A DNA stretch of 64,000 nucleotides from Eledone cirrhosa. Taxonomy: Eukaryota. This document shows positions 51,501 through 64,000 of the stretch, piece by piece; within the stretch, counting starts at the first letter, position 1; every line of letters begins with the position of its first letter. The position numbers and the translations under genes are program-made. The DNA lies in NCBI GenBank assembly GCA_964016885.1, contig OZ024740.1, positions 242,916,001-242,980,000 of the forward strand, written 5' to 3'. A model generated the notes under the pieces. That model had not been told where the DNA came from, did no database searches, and saw only the letters and a list, made by a program, of their open reading frames with translations.

Positions 51501-52475
51501 TCTACTTTTATATATAACCAGCAATTTCTCTGTCTGTCTGTCCGGCAAGTGGAAACACGTGCGTAGAGAGAGAGTGAGAGTGAAAGAAAGAGACAGACTA
51601 CGAGAGGGGGATAACGGGAGGGAGAGAGGGAGAGAGGGAGAGAGAGAGAGTGAATAGACGCTAAAACACGTGCTACAGAAATATTACCTTCCCCTTCCTT
51701 TATAGAAACATTACCTTCGCCTCTCCACTGACTTTGGTCACTGAGGCCGAGGGAATCGCTGGTTGCTATAGAGACACCTTGCACAAGCCAGAAGTAACCA
51801 GTTCGAGGCGGTTCTGACTTGATACCATGCGAAGAAGGTTGCCATTGAATTTGTGGTTTGAAGAAGGTTGGCATTGATTTTGTGGTTGTTGCTGCTGATA
51901 ATAAGGACCATTTGAAGAAGGTTGCTGCTGATGAGATAATTTACTAATCAGATTGCTCAGTTCCATAACCTACGTTTGATTTGTCCAATTTTTTTCTTCA
52001 ATTTTTTTTCTTGTTTTTTTTTATTTCTTATTGAAAAAATATAAATCATAAAATAAGGTTAGAAATTTAAATACAATTAAATACGATTTAATTTCCATTT
52101 CCAGCAGCCAATGTCCAGTGTTCAATTTCATGAAAAAATTGGAAATAATTCAAAAAACTGAAGTTTAACTTTTGAACATTTGTTTTGACAATAAAAAAAT
52201 ATTTCCTTATTCACACCTAATGGTATGATTAAAATTTCATAGGAATATTTTTTTCTAACCGCCAGTTATTTATTTTCTCCTTTTTTGTTTTAACATATAT
52301 TTATTTCAAAGATTTCACCGTATAGATAACATATATATTTATACATGCATAAAAGACACACTGAGAGACGGTGAACATGTAGTGCCGAAAACATTTCTCA
52401 TCCAAATCTCAACAATATCAGTATATACACTAGATTTGCTAGCAGAAAACCGCCCACTGGGTGGTTTTCTGCTAG
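51501..52475 (+). mobile_element. Non-autonomous Helitron 1
   Basis: A|TCTAC..TATATATAA..(CTGT)n start; 3' hairpin CCGCCC ACT GGGTGG then CTAG|T. Confidence 0.75.
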
Positions 52476-52781
52476 TCTATATATCTAAAACAGAGAATGT
52501 CTGTCTGTCTGTCTGTCTGTCTGTCCGATCACTAAAACTCGAGAACCACCCAACCGATTGTTTTCAAACTTTACACATGTAATACTTATAGTCCTGTGAG
52601 TGTTTTGAGCAAATGAGTTTCAAATTTTCAATGCCCTAGGGACCGCATTAGGCGATTTAGCGATCTCTCTCTATAATTCTTAGTCTTTCTCTTTTTTAGA
52701 TAGATACATACATATAACGTTACGCCCTTATAATATCTGTCTGTATGCTTGGATGTCTGCATTATGATATTATGACGTAGC

Positions 52782-52813
<32 letters not shown>

Positions 52814-53079
52814 CACAGACGTGTGTATATGTGTAAATGTATAGTGTGTGTATATAGATATATAGTATGTAACGTTTTCGAAATATTTACTTCTGCATTC
52901 ACATATATATATATATATATATATTTCGTTTCTGAATTTGTTTAGCAGGATTCTTTATCTGAAAACGTGTGTTGAAACCGATATTGTTATGCTTTGGGAG
53001 GGTCATGATGCCAATAAGAAACACACGCACCAGTTGCTTTCACTCCAATTTATTATAAAACATGACCCTCCCAAAGCAT

Positions 53080-53139
<60 letters not shown>

Positions 53140-53142
<3 letters not shown>

Positions 53143-53345
53143 GGTTGTGAGTTCAATTCTCAGACCGGGTGATGTGTTGTTTCCTTGAGCAAGACACTTT
53201 ATTTCACATTGCTCCAGTTTACTCAGCTGTAGAAATGAGATGATAGAGACTGGGGTCCCTATCATCTCATTTCCAGAATCAGATCCCGTCCCACCCTTGC
53301 AAGCAGGGAAAAGCGAACGTAAAATGAAATGATGATGATGATGAT
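53140..53345 (+). mobile_element. Short CORE-like SINE variant with young RTE tail
   Basis: B-box, CORE block, 19-bp hairpin, CCCGTCCCACCCTTGCAAGCAGGG..(GAT)n; (TA)n both sides. Confidence 0.85.
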
Positions 53346-53401
53346 ATATATATATATATATAAATGAAAAATGGCGTGCTGCGTTGTTGCGAATGTGATA
53401 C

Positions 53402-53831
53402 AAGTGAAATAAAAAATAGACCAAGAACCAGGACTATCCATCATCAGTGATCTTCTGGCTATCATCGGTATTTCTTCGCATTAAAGACCAGATACCTCAA
53501 GACAGTGCGAGCAATAACTAAAATAAGTTATTGGGATAAAAATTGGGTGGAGAAAGAGAGACATGTATCTCGTCATTGATTTGCTAGAACTTATGTTCAC
53601 AATGTATCACTGACTTGCTCTCTCATCTTCCTCTCTTTACGTTGCCTTACCACTCTGTTTGTTTACATGTCTCCTTTCTCCACCCAATTCTTTTTATCCC
53701 AATAACTTATTTTAGTTATTGCTCGCACTATCTTGAGATATCTGGTCTTTAATGCGAAGAAATACCGATGATAGCCAGAAGATCACTGATGATGGATAGT
53801 CCTGGTTCTTGCTCTATTTTTTATTTCACTT
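53402..53831. repeat. Foldback element: about 166-bp near-identical inverted arms, about 96-bp spacer
   Basis: 53402-53567 vs 53664-53831. Confidence 0.92.
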
Positions 53832-53844
53832 ATATATATATATA

Positions 53845-54274
53845 TCATCATCATCATCATCGTTTAACGTCCATCTTCCACTCTAGCATGGGTTTGGATG
53901 GGAATTTTACCACTTGAGGCAAGATTGGTTGTCTTGCTTGTATAGGACTGTCTGGCGGATTTTCTACGGCTGGATGCCCTTCCTAACACCAACCACGTTT
54001 ACAGTGTAGACTGGGAGGTTTTTACCGTGTTACCTACACAGCCACATTACAGTGCGGACTGTGTGTTTTTTTGTCATGACACCTACAGGACCTCAGTTAT
54101 TTAGGACTGGATGTTGTGGTACCAACATAACTTTACATCGAAAGGGGTAGTGTGGATGGGGTGTGGGTAGTGGGACGGGGTGTATTTTGGTTAAGAGGTG
54201 CCTACTGACTGTAGGTTTCGCTTTGTACTTAGGCAAGGCGGGTTTTCTGTATTACTGCGTAGCGCCAAAGAGCT
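53845..54274 (-). mobile_element. RTE 3' end/UTR
   Basis: Homologous to 14660-15090; (TA)n both sides. Confidence 0.88.
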
Positions 54275-54294
54275 CATATATATATATACGTATA

Positions 54295-57200
54295 TCCTCC
54301 TGAATTCCCCCTCTCCGCACCTGAGCTCTCACTCCTTTGTAGAGGCCTTCGCTTCATACCCCACACTCCGCACAGCGACGATTTCCGCACCCGAACGGAA
54401 GTCGAACGATTCGTGCGACGCACGAAACTACAGGCACATTTCCATCTAACGCCACCGGCTCCGAACGCCCCAGATCCGTTTCTCGCCCTGGGCTGCCGAC
54501 CATCGTCTTGGACGCCGGTACCAGGGCAATTTAGCACCCTGTACACATTCGTTGACGCCTGCCGTAGCGCAATAAATCGCTTCAACCTACGCCACTGTTC
54601 CAAACAGAATAATATCTCACGGCGCGAACTCCTCATTCTCCGCTCTCTCCGTAGCCGAGATGACATCGTCATCAAACCGGCGGACAAGGGAGGCGCCGTG
54701 GTGGTGTGGCGCGCTGAACTCTACACGGCTGAAGCCCTCAGGCAGCTCCGTAACCCCTTCTTCTAACGCCCTCTACCAACAACAAGTTTCCTCCACCATC
54801 CAACACCTTGTCTCCTCCTCCCTCCTCCCTCACACTGCTTCCCACCTCATCGTCCGCACCCCCCGCACCCCTATTATCTACTTCCTCTCCAAACTCCACA
54901 AACCTGACAACGCCGACCGCCCCATCATCTCTGCTTGCAACTGCCCCACTGAACTCATTTCTGCCTTTCTTGACGCCATATTCGCCCCCCTCGTCACCAC
55001 GCTCCCCTCTCACATCTCCGACACCAACCACGCCCTTCACCTGTTCGACTCCTTCACTTTCCCACCCGGCCCGCATCCCCTCCTCTTCACCCTAGATATC
55101 AAGTCGCTTTATACTGTCATCCCCCACGTCGACGGCCTTCGTGCCCTCCGGCACTACCTCGACCTTCGCCCCTCCCCATCCCCTCCACCCCCACACTCCT
55201 TCGCCACGCCGAGCTGGTCCTCACCCTCAACTGTTTCTCCTTCTCGGGTGAGTTTTACCAACAGGTCACGAGGGTAGCCATGGGCCCAAACTATGCCAAC
55301 CTTTTCGTTGGCCATGTTAAGGCTCAAATCTTTGCCCAGTACACCGACCCCACGCCCGAACTGTAGGGTCGTTACATCGACGACTGTATCGGAGCCACGA
55401 CCCTCACTCGAGAACAGCTCGACTCCTTTCTCTCCTTCTTCTGCTCCTTCCACCCCTCCCCCCACTTCACCACCTCTATCTCCACCACCCACGTCCACTT
55501 CTTAGACATCTCCGTCGCCATCGACCTCTCCCACCGCTCCCTCATCACCTCTGCCTTCTTCAAACCCACCGACTCCCACTCTTACCTCGACTTCAGCTCC
55601 TCCCACCCCACACACACTAAACACTCTATTCCCTACTCCCAACTCCTCAGGATCCGCTGCCTCTGCAGCCGAGATGCTGACTTTGAGTCCCAAGCCCTTT
55701 CCCTAATCAGCCATTTCATCCGGCGAGGTTACCCTCCCTCCCTCGTCCACACCGCCCTCACTCGCGCCCGTGCTGTCCACCGCTCCACCGCCCTCACCCC
55801 ACGCCACCGTCTCCCCTTCCTCATCACCTACCACCCCTCCACCCTACTCCTCCACCGCACCATCCTCCGCCTCTTCCGACGCCTCCAGTCCGACCCCCTC
55901 CACTTTCCCCATCTTCCCATCCCCACCCCTCCCCTCCTTCAAACGCGCATGCAATATCCACACCCTCCTCGTCCACAGCTCCCTACCCCCAATCCATGCT
56001 CCCCCCCCCCCGGTTCACTTCCCTGCTCCAGGCCTCGTTGCCACACCTGCCCCCACATCACCAACACCACCACCTTCCATGGTCCCAACGGCCACTCTTT
56101 CTCTGTCCGGCATGCCTTCCGCTGCACCTCCTCCAACCTAGTCTATGGACTTCGTTGCACGGAGTGCAGTGCAACCTACGTCGTTTCACTGAACACCTCC
56201 GGGATATTCGCCTCGGCGGGAGTTCCCCGATCGCCCGCCACTTTCGCTCCCCTGGACACTCCGCCCACCACCTCACAGTCTCTGGCCTACTCCAATGCCA
56301 TGGAACACCCGCCACTCGCCTCACAGTCGAACAACGCACCATCTTCACCCTACAGACCCACACACGCCCCGGCCTGAACTCCCCACCCCTATTCCTTTAG
56401 CCTCCGACCGCCCACCTTCCTCCCACATTCCCCACTAACACCCCTAACACACTTCCCCTTTCACCGCCCCACCCCCTTTGTCCATTCCACAACTAACAAT
56501 ACTAAAATATCCAGCATCTCTTCTCACACTCGATGGAACTACCCCAGGAACTTACCCACGAACATACACTCACTTTTTTTTTCGCACCACGCCACCCACA
56601 TCCACACCACATATAAACACAAACACACACATGCGTACCCCCACTTATATACACTCTCAACTTTCGGAATCCAGAACATGGAACCTCATCCTTCATATCA
56701 CATACACACACACACTCACGTACACCTACACACATACACAAACACCACCTTCAGCCTTTCCCGCTTCGACCCCCTGCCCCCCTCGCCTAACTCCACCCGC
56801 CACCACCCTTACACGCCTTGCACCCTTCCACCACTTGCTCGTCTTATTTTTAATTCTTATGTTTATTTTTCGTTTATTTTAATTTTAATTTTTATTTGTT
56901 CTCCTTCCCCCTTTTTTCTAAATGTATTTCCACACATTAACTTTATTAAGCTTCCTGAGATCCCGCTACATCTCTTGTGTACCCATTGTTTGCATTTGGG
57001 GCAGAGAATGGAGTTCCTACCTACACCTTTACTACATACTGAGCAAGGCCATTTCCCTGAGTTCAGGCCGGGGCGTGTGTGGGTCTGTAGGGTGAAGATG
57101 GTGCGTTGTTCGACTGTGAGGCGAGTGGTGGGTGTTCCATGGCATTGGAGTAGGCCAGAGACTGTGTGGTGGTGGGCGGAGTGTCCAGGGGAGCGAAAGT

Positions 57201-57430
57201 GGCGGGCGATCGGGGAACTCCCGCCGAGGCGATATATCCCGGAGGTGTTCAGTGAAACGGTCCGCCAGGCGACGTCCAGTCTATCCGATGTATTTCCACA
57301 CACCCTCGGAATTCTCTTCCTAACCTATTTATCCTGAAGAAGGGCTTATGCCCTCCCACTCTCAAGAGCGTGAACCTAATAAACCTTTATTTGTCTGCCT
57401 CTCTGTTTTGTTCCCGTATAAATTTGCACT
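54295..57430 (+). mobile_element. Penelope-like retroelement, Neptune type, decayed (RT, Cys-rich linker, GIY-YIG, 3'UTR with hammerhead remnant at 57334 and AATAAA at 57378)
   Basis: DIVIKPADKGGAVVVW, KLHKPD..RPIIS, LFTLDIKSLYT.IPH, AMG, RYIDD, FLD, PC.RPRC.TC, FRCTSSNLVY.LRC..C, RFTEH, GLN. Confidence 0.9.
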
Positions 57431-57435
57431 ATATA

Positions 57436-60029
57436 TCATCATCACCGTTTTACGTCCGTTCTTCCACGCTAGCATGGGTTAGACGGGTTGTCCTGTTGTG
57501 GGCAGTGTCTGGTCGGCTGACCATGCCTTGCTCATACAGGAACTGATTTGGCTTGATTTCTACAGCTGGATGCCCTTCCTAACACAAACCTCATTTACAG
57601 TGAGTGCTGGGTGCTTTTTCGTGGCGCCTACACGTCCACCTTACAGTGTGGGCTGGGTGCTTTTTTGCCGTGGCACCTCCACGACCACCTTGTAGTGGGG
57701 GATGTGGTGGCATATTGTCTATATGCTTCAGCTTGTACCCATGGGAGGTCGGGTACTCTGTATTATTGCATGACGCCAGAAGTCACGGTCGTGTGTCATT
57801 GCCTTTGAGAGGTGTAATTGGGTAAGGTCGGCTTTTATCACCTCATCCCAGGTCATCTTGGGTCTCCCCACTCCGCGGTTTCCATCGACTTCTAGTGCTC
57901 TGCACCTTTTTATGCAGCTGTCATCCTTCATACGCATCACATGTCCATACCAGCGCAACCGCCTCTCCTGCACACAGCATTTGATTCCTCTTATGCTCAG
58001 TCTCTCTCTCAATTCATTTATGCTTTGTCGTTCGCGTATATTACTATTACACATCCATCGCAGCATGCAGGCTTCGTTTCTTTCTAATCTACGTAAGTCT
58101 TCCACCTTCAGCGCCCAGGTCTCACTACCATGCAACATCGCTGTTCGGATACACGCATCATACAGTCTGCCTTTCATTTTGAGGGAGAAGCCCTTTGCAG
58201 CTAGCAGTGGTAGTAGTTCCCTAAACTTCTTCCATCCCGTTCTTACCCTAGTTATTGTACTTTCTGAACACCCACCTCCTCTGCTAATTCGGTCACCTAG
58301 GTAGCAGAAGCTGTCTACTGTTTCTACAGAGCCCTCCCAGAGATTGGTGGTACTTGTTTCCTGTGGCTGTTTGCTGCTTGCTGTCCCAGCACAGCTGCTG
58401 CATGTGAAGCCTACATTCTTTATTAAGCTTCCTGAGATCCCGCTACATCTCTTGTGTACCCATTGTTTGCATTTGGGGCAGAGAATGGAGTTCCTACCTA
58501 CACCTTTCCTACATACTGAGCAAGGCCATTTCCCTGAGGAGATCTGGGTTCTGTTTTCTCGTCTACTTACAAGGACCTTAGTCTTTGTCATGTTGACTTT
58601 GAGACCCTTTCTTTCTAGTCCCGGCTTCCAAGTTTGGAATTTCTTCTCTAGTTCTACCATAGATTCAGCTATGAGTGCGAGGTCATCAGCATACAGGAGT
58701 TCCCATGGGCATCCGGTCTTAAACTTCTCCGTTATTGCCTGCAGGACTATGATGAACAGGAGGGGGCTAAGAACAGAGCCCTGGTGGACCCCAACCTGTA
58801 CGCTAAATTCCTCGCTATACTCATTGCTAATCCTAACTTTGCTGACTGCTCCCCTATACATGGCTTGTACTGCTTTTACAAGCCATTCATCTACTCCTAG
58901 TTTTCTAAGAGCCCACCAGATTACAGCACGTGGAACTCTGTCAAAGGCTTTCTCAAGGTCGACAAATGCCAGGTAGAATGGCTTACTTTTAGCTAGGTAC
59001 TTTTCCTGTAACTGCCTGACATGGAAGAGGGCATCAGTGGTGCCTCTTCCTGGTACAAACCAACATTGCATCTCGTCTAGTTTCACCCGGTCCCTAATCA
59101 ACTGTGCTATAACTCTTTCTGTTACTTTCATGACCTGGTCCATCAGCTTTATACCTCTATAGTTTCCTATATCTAGTGCATCACCTTTACCTTTGTAGCA
59201 GTTGACAATGATTCTACTGCACCAATCTTTTGGTATGACACCTTCTAGTATTACCTGGTTAACAATACGTGTGGTTATAGTGTGACCTACAGACCCAGAT
59301 GCCTTCAGCATCTCGGCAGCTATACCCGATGGACCGGTTGCGTTCCCCATCTTCATATCTTTGATTGCCTTACTTACTATGCTGCTGCTGACTTGTACTG
59401 CTGGCCCCTCTATAGGGTCTACTTGGGGTAGGGTCTCTTCTTCCTATGCATTCTCCTCATTTAATAATCTATCATAATGACTCTTCCATGCATCTTTCTT
59501 CTCAGCACTTGTGAGGGCAAGCTCACCTTTATCATTCCGGATACACTTCTCTCTAATGACATCACAATTCTCTCTGACACACTGCCTCGCAATCTTGAAC
59601 ACCTCCTGTTTCTGGTCCTCACGTTGCACAACATGCTTGAATTTTCTATCCTCTGCTCCCCTCCTAGCTAAGTATACTTGTCGCCTAGCTTCCTTCTTGG
59701 TCTCTATGTAATGTACCCTGCTCCCCCTGTTCTTCCATTCTTTCCATGCCTGTCTCTTGGCCTTAAATGCCTCATCTACCTTATTGTTCCACCACCAAGT
59801 CACTCTCCTCCTGCTTGAGGTCTTACTCCAGCCACAGACCTCATCCGTCGCCTCTAGTAAGTTATTTTTTAGGAACTCCCAGTTCTCTTCTATATTGAAT
59901 GTCTCTATCTGTTCTTCTTTACTGTCGTAGGCGTTGAGTAAAATATCTTTAAATCTGTTACTGGTTGAGGGGTCTTTCAGCTTCCAGATCTTTCTTCTCC
60001 AGGATGGCCTCTGTTTCCAGGTTCGTCTA

Positions 60030-60030
<1 letters not shown>
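57436..60030 (-). mobile_element. Young RTE LINE, 5'-truncated; 542-aa open RT/PHD-like finger/C-terminus (57728-59356)
   Basis: NYRGIKL, FVDLEKAFD, GVHQGSVLSPLLF, LLYADD, C..C...C..C..WVHKRC..C..C, RLRWYGHV; 3'UTR with SINE body; abuts (TA)n. Confidence 0.95.
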
Positions 60031-60082
<52 letters not shown>

Positions 60083-61849
60083 TATATTTGTGTACAGATA
60101 TTTTTGCATACACAATAACAAAATATAAACAAATGTATTTATTTCACAAGGCTCGATAAGGATAAATATATATCAAATATATAAGAACGCTAGAGCAAAT
60201 CCCAAGCAACGCCGGGCCATTCTGCTAGTTCTAGCTAAAAAAGAAGAAAAACTATTTCTGTTGCTAAATGAAGGCTTATAAATAACAAAATATCTCTATT
60301 GCCAGAAATGCAGCCCTAGCCAATCAAAAGACAATATCCTCATCAGCATTACAGTATTACTAATAAAAATTAGTATGCCTCTCTGTTGTTGCTGTTATTT
60401 AATCTAAAGTTGGCCCTAAATGAGTTGTGAGTATCCCATCTTTTTCATCACCTTTCATCATCTGTGTAAATGTGGTGATTAATCTCTCTATTTGTAAACA
60501 GCTATGTTCGAAGCTAAATTCTAATTCTATTCTATTATAAGTTGAGCCAACTTATACAGCTTCATATGCAAATGAGATTAATCACCTCATTTACACAGAT
60601 GAAAAAAAAAAGAATATTTTCACCTGTTTTCAAAGCCCAGCAAGAGTGGGAGAGATCATCCTGACTAGAACCAGTTAAGTTTGAAATGCATTGACGATTG
60701 TCCCCCTTGCTTCTGCTGGACACCGGTGGGTGGCATTAGCTGCCAGTGTTTTTCATAGTTTTCTAAATGTTTATTTATAAACATACCGTATTTCTTCAGA
60801 AATACGAAATTCAAATATATATATTACTACATTTGTCTAACTTCTTTTCATCAGAAATTTGATAACAAAAGGGTTAAGATGGTAGAATGTTATTCCATGG
60901 AAGACTTGGTTGCTATTTTTACTAAGTTGTTATATGACAATGAATTGCACCACCCCTTGATATCTATATACATTTATGAGGACTGGTACTAAGAACAAGT
61001 CCTTGAGAGACAATTATATTAACCCTAGATTGTAGCTCAAAATAGTACTGCCTTGATCAAAGAATATGAACTACTGCCTCTTTTAATCAGCCAGCAAGTT
61101 GACATCTGATAAACTTAGGTCAACTGTAACTCCCACAGAGAAAAAACTGCAAAGATTATTCATGGCAAGTTGACAGCATTCTTGTTTGTTCAGTGAAACT
61201 CTCAACTCAAGCACACATGTCACTATAACTAATCTATTCAGTGATATATGAGGCTCATATGTACATTTCTGCACATTGTAAACAGAACCTTAACATTGCA
61301 CATGATGAAATCTAATCTGTTCATCGATATCTAATCAATAAATAGGAACTGGTGTTATTATATTATATCTAAAAAAAAATTAATGAAAAAGAGTAAATAA
61401 ATATATGCCCCTCCCCCAGAGTCACCGACAATAGAAGATTTATAAGTGCACCAGGAAAGGAAACCAACTATTTGAACAAGAAATGGCACTAATCTACTAA
61501 GTTTGAAAATTTACTTTCAGGAGGAAAAAGTTATTCTAAAGTGTTGATATCTATCCACCATTATTGTCCAAGGCAGTATGGAAGCCTCTATGTAGTCGCT
61601 AGACCTGTTAGATATAGCAGCCAAGTTTTCCTCAAACTATATCCTAAAGTCTTGAAAAGGAAGACATTTTGGATAAGGTAGCCCTAGGTACACAATGAGC
61701 AAGAAAAGAAGAGAATGGTCAGGGCTACAATGTTATTGTTCATATGTATGATGGTTGGGACTTACCTAGGGCTAAAGGAAAACAACCAATGCTTAGTTTT
61801 CCTGTAATCATTGCCTCACTCTGCTTTTACCTACAGACAACAAAAAGAC

Positions 61850-63900
61850 CAATGGTGAAACATCAATGATTTGAATCCAATCACCTCCAAACACATCAAA
61901 TGCTTGCTTGCTCAAGCATTTGATGTCAATCCACAGAACTCTGATGAGAAGTGAATTGATATATCAATCACAAACACACATTCACACATTGATACAGGCA
62001 GATTGATTTCTAAGTTGAAAGTTTCAATTTTAATAATTAGTTCTCTCCATCATTTTGGTAATAGTCAGTCTGACAATGAGAAAAATCATAAGGCTGTTTA
62101 GGACCACATTGAGTCCCTTACACTGATAAATTCAAATCCATTTATGGAGACAGTTTGAAATCACCACTTGCTTACTTGGTAGCTTATTCCTAATCAATTA
62201 AAACTGAAGTTGATATTTATATAAAACCAGAAACTTACTTTTTGTGAAAATTGATACTCTCTTGGAACAGTTTAATTCGTTTTTACAAGAGGATTTGAAG
62301 CTCCCATCAACTAAACTGATAAAAACACAAACAGCTTTTCAAGTATGTATCAGGTATTCAACATGATCTGGTTCAATCTCAGGTATAACAACTCATATGT
62401 CAACCATTTGAATTTGAATTTCATATTATTTTAGATGAAGTATCTTCCTAAATAAAACCTCCTGAATAATCTGTGACACTCAAACCACCAATATAAATGG
62501 TTAACATGCCACAAACTGCAAAAAGAATTCAAAAACAAAACAGAGCCAACATACCTACACAATCACATTTGGAACACCATCTGTAATCTCGCTCAAGCAG
62601 CACATATTTCTGTCACAGCTGAACAAAGTTTTTCAATTGATTATTCACATAAAATAGACCAGTAACAATTGCTGTATGAAGTGGAAAAGTACAAGAAGGA
62701 TATTGAAGAAAATTAGTCTGATAAACATGGTGGCAAGGTTCTACCCTGGATAGATATTCTTTAGATATGAAAACCAATATCTTAATACAAGACAATATCC
62801 AGAAATACAGTAATTCAGATAACTGGGTTAAGATGGGAAATCAAAAAGTAAATAATTAATATGTACCACCATCTTCATATGCAAAACTTCTCAGCAATTA
62901 AATGTAACAAATTGGTATTTAAATATAACTAATTAGTGAAGAAATCTACCATAAAATTAACACAACACAAATGTATGTTCAAAGAAATTTACATAACACG
63001 CAACATACTCTCTGAATTAATTAACAAAACGATATGGTTGTTAGAAATGGATTTTCTCTCTGGCGATTAAAGCAAGACTAGAAATTAATAATTCATATGT
63101 TCTCTGGTGTATTACTAATTGCTAATCTCTCTTAAATTGCATACTACCATCTTGAAAAGAAAGGGATATATTAGCTAACATAATCATAGATACACAATAC
63201 CCAAGATTGGAACATGTTTGACAAAATTAAAACTAAACAGTGACAATAACAATGTGGTTGGGTTGAAATTGAGACACTTCAGTTACTAGATTTCTCTGTG
63301 AGGGTCATAACTCCAAAATTATTTTGGATCAATATATAATATATATACTTAAAATGAATGAAATTCAAGTTCATTCAAACAATTGTTAAATAGTGCTTCT
63401 CTTGTTTCTATTTCAAATCTTCCACCTTTTTGTCATTTCTCAAATCATCAAAACAATGGAAATCCAGTAATAGGGAAACCATCAGATAACCCATGGTTTT
63501 AAGTGTTCCATGGTTGCAGAAAAGGAATTCTACATTGTATAATAAAATATTAGAATTTGAGGAAACTGATGTTCTGTGCTCAAGCATCTTTATTCTAGTG
63601 GTAGGAACTTTACTTTTTTTTATCTCTCAAACAAGGAGAAACATCCAAAACATTAGACTTCTTTTCTTCCTAGCAGTTTAAAACATATTCCACTGTTTTA
63701 ATCATTTCAATTCCACACTCTGTTTCTATTTCCTTTTAGTGTCTTTGCTAAGGCCAATTCCAATATGGATTCAATAAAGACATTTCCACTCCTTTATATG
63801 AACTCCAAGCCCTTTGAAAAACTTTCTGTTGTTTATAATGGTTGAATACTTATCATTTGTTCCTTCTAGAATGTTTACAATGGAAGAATAAGAAAAGGTG
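61850..63900 (-). pseudogene. Possible very old hAT-like transposase remnant
   Basis: Minus-strand SC..LH.A (about 62670-62705) and HV..WLS-like words (about 62470-62515); no continuous frame. Confidence 0.3.
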
Positions 63901-64000
63901 AAGTAGTTAATTGGTCCATTGTTTTATGATCATTTCAGAAAGCAAAGTTATCGATGTGAAGACCAACCAATGGCAATTATGCAACTTCATACTATTATCT

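Larger units (their letters stand above)
52476..60228 (+). mobile_element. Non-autonomous Helitron 2 (5' part 52476-52900, 3' part 60080-60228) with about 7 kb of nested insertions
   Basis: TCTATATATCTAAAA..(GTCT)n start; terminal CCCAAGCAACGCCGGG..CTGCTAG|T; joining of the two ends is inferred. Confidence 0.7.

Noticed and set aside
60785-60806. Small palindrome CCGTATTTCT-TC-AGAAATACG
   Set aside because: Probably collapsed termini of the 2773-type MITE; too short to support more

Overview
AT-rich eukaryotic (metazoan) intergenic or intronic DNA, almost entirely repeat-derived. The SINE, MITE and LINE repertoire resembles octopod cephalopods (inference from recalled Octopus repeats). No host protein-coding gene, rRNA, bona fide tRNA or CRISPR array can be supported. 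The window contains many tRNA-headed SINEs of two main types (Meta/MESC-like with ATT ends; CORE-like with an RTE-type tail). LINEs include RTE, R4/Dong (restriction-like endonuclease), Tx1/L1-like and CR1 families, plus Penelope-like elements (one near full-length, Neptune type). DNA elements include a Chapaev3 transposon with an open but N-truncated transposase, two head-to-tail non-autonomous Helitrons (the second spans 7.7 kb because of nested insertions) and several MITEs. There is also a 60-bp minisatellite and long microsatellites. Most notable: (i) about 7 dispersed minimal type-I hammerhead-ribozyme-like motifs at PLE-like ends; (ii) SINE-LINE tail partnerships visible in cis (Meta-SINE with Tx1; CORE-SINE body inside RTE 3'UTRs); (iii) partitioning of element families between (TA)n and (ATT)n landing sites; (iv) a TSD-flanked PLE/RTE chimera apparently templated from both neighbours; (v) (TA)n-centred palindromes. 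I cannot show a wholly new biological system; these are the best candidates. Coordinates were read by eye, and ends of decayed elements are approximate.
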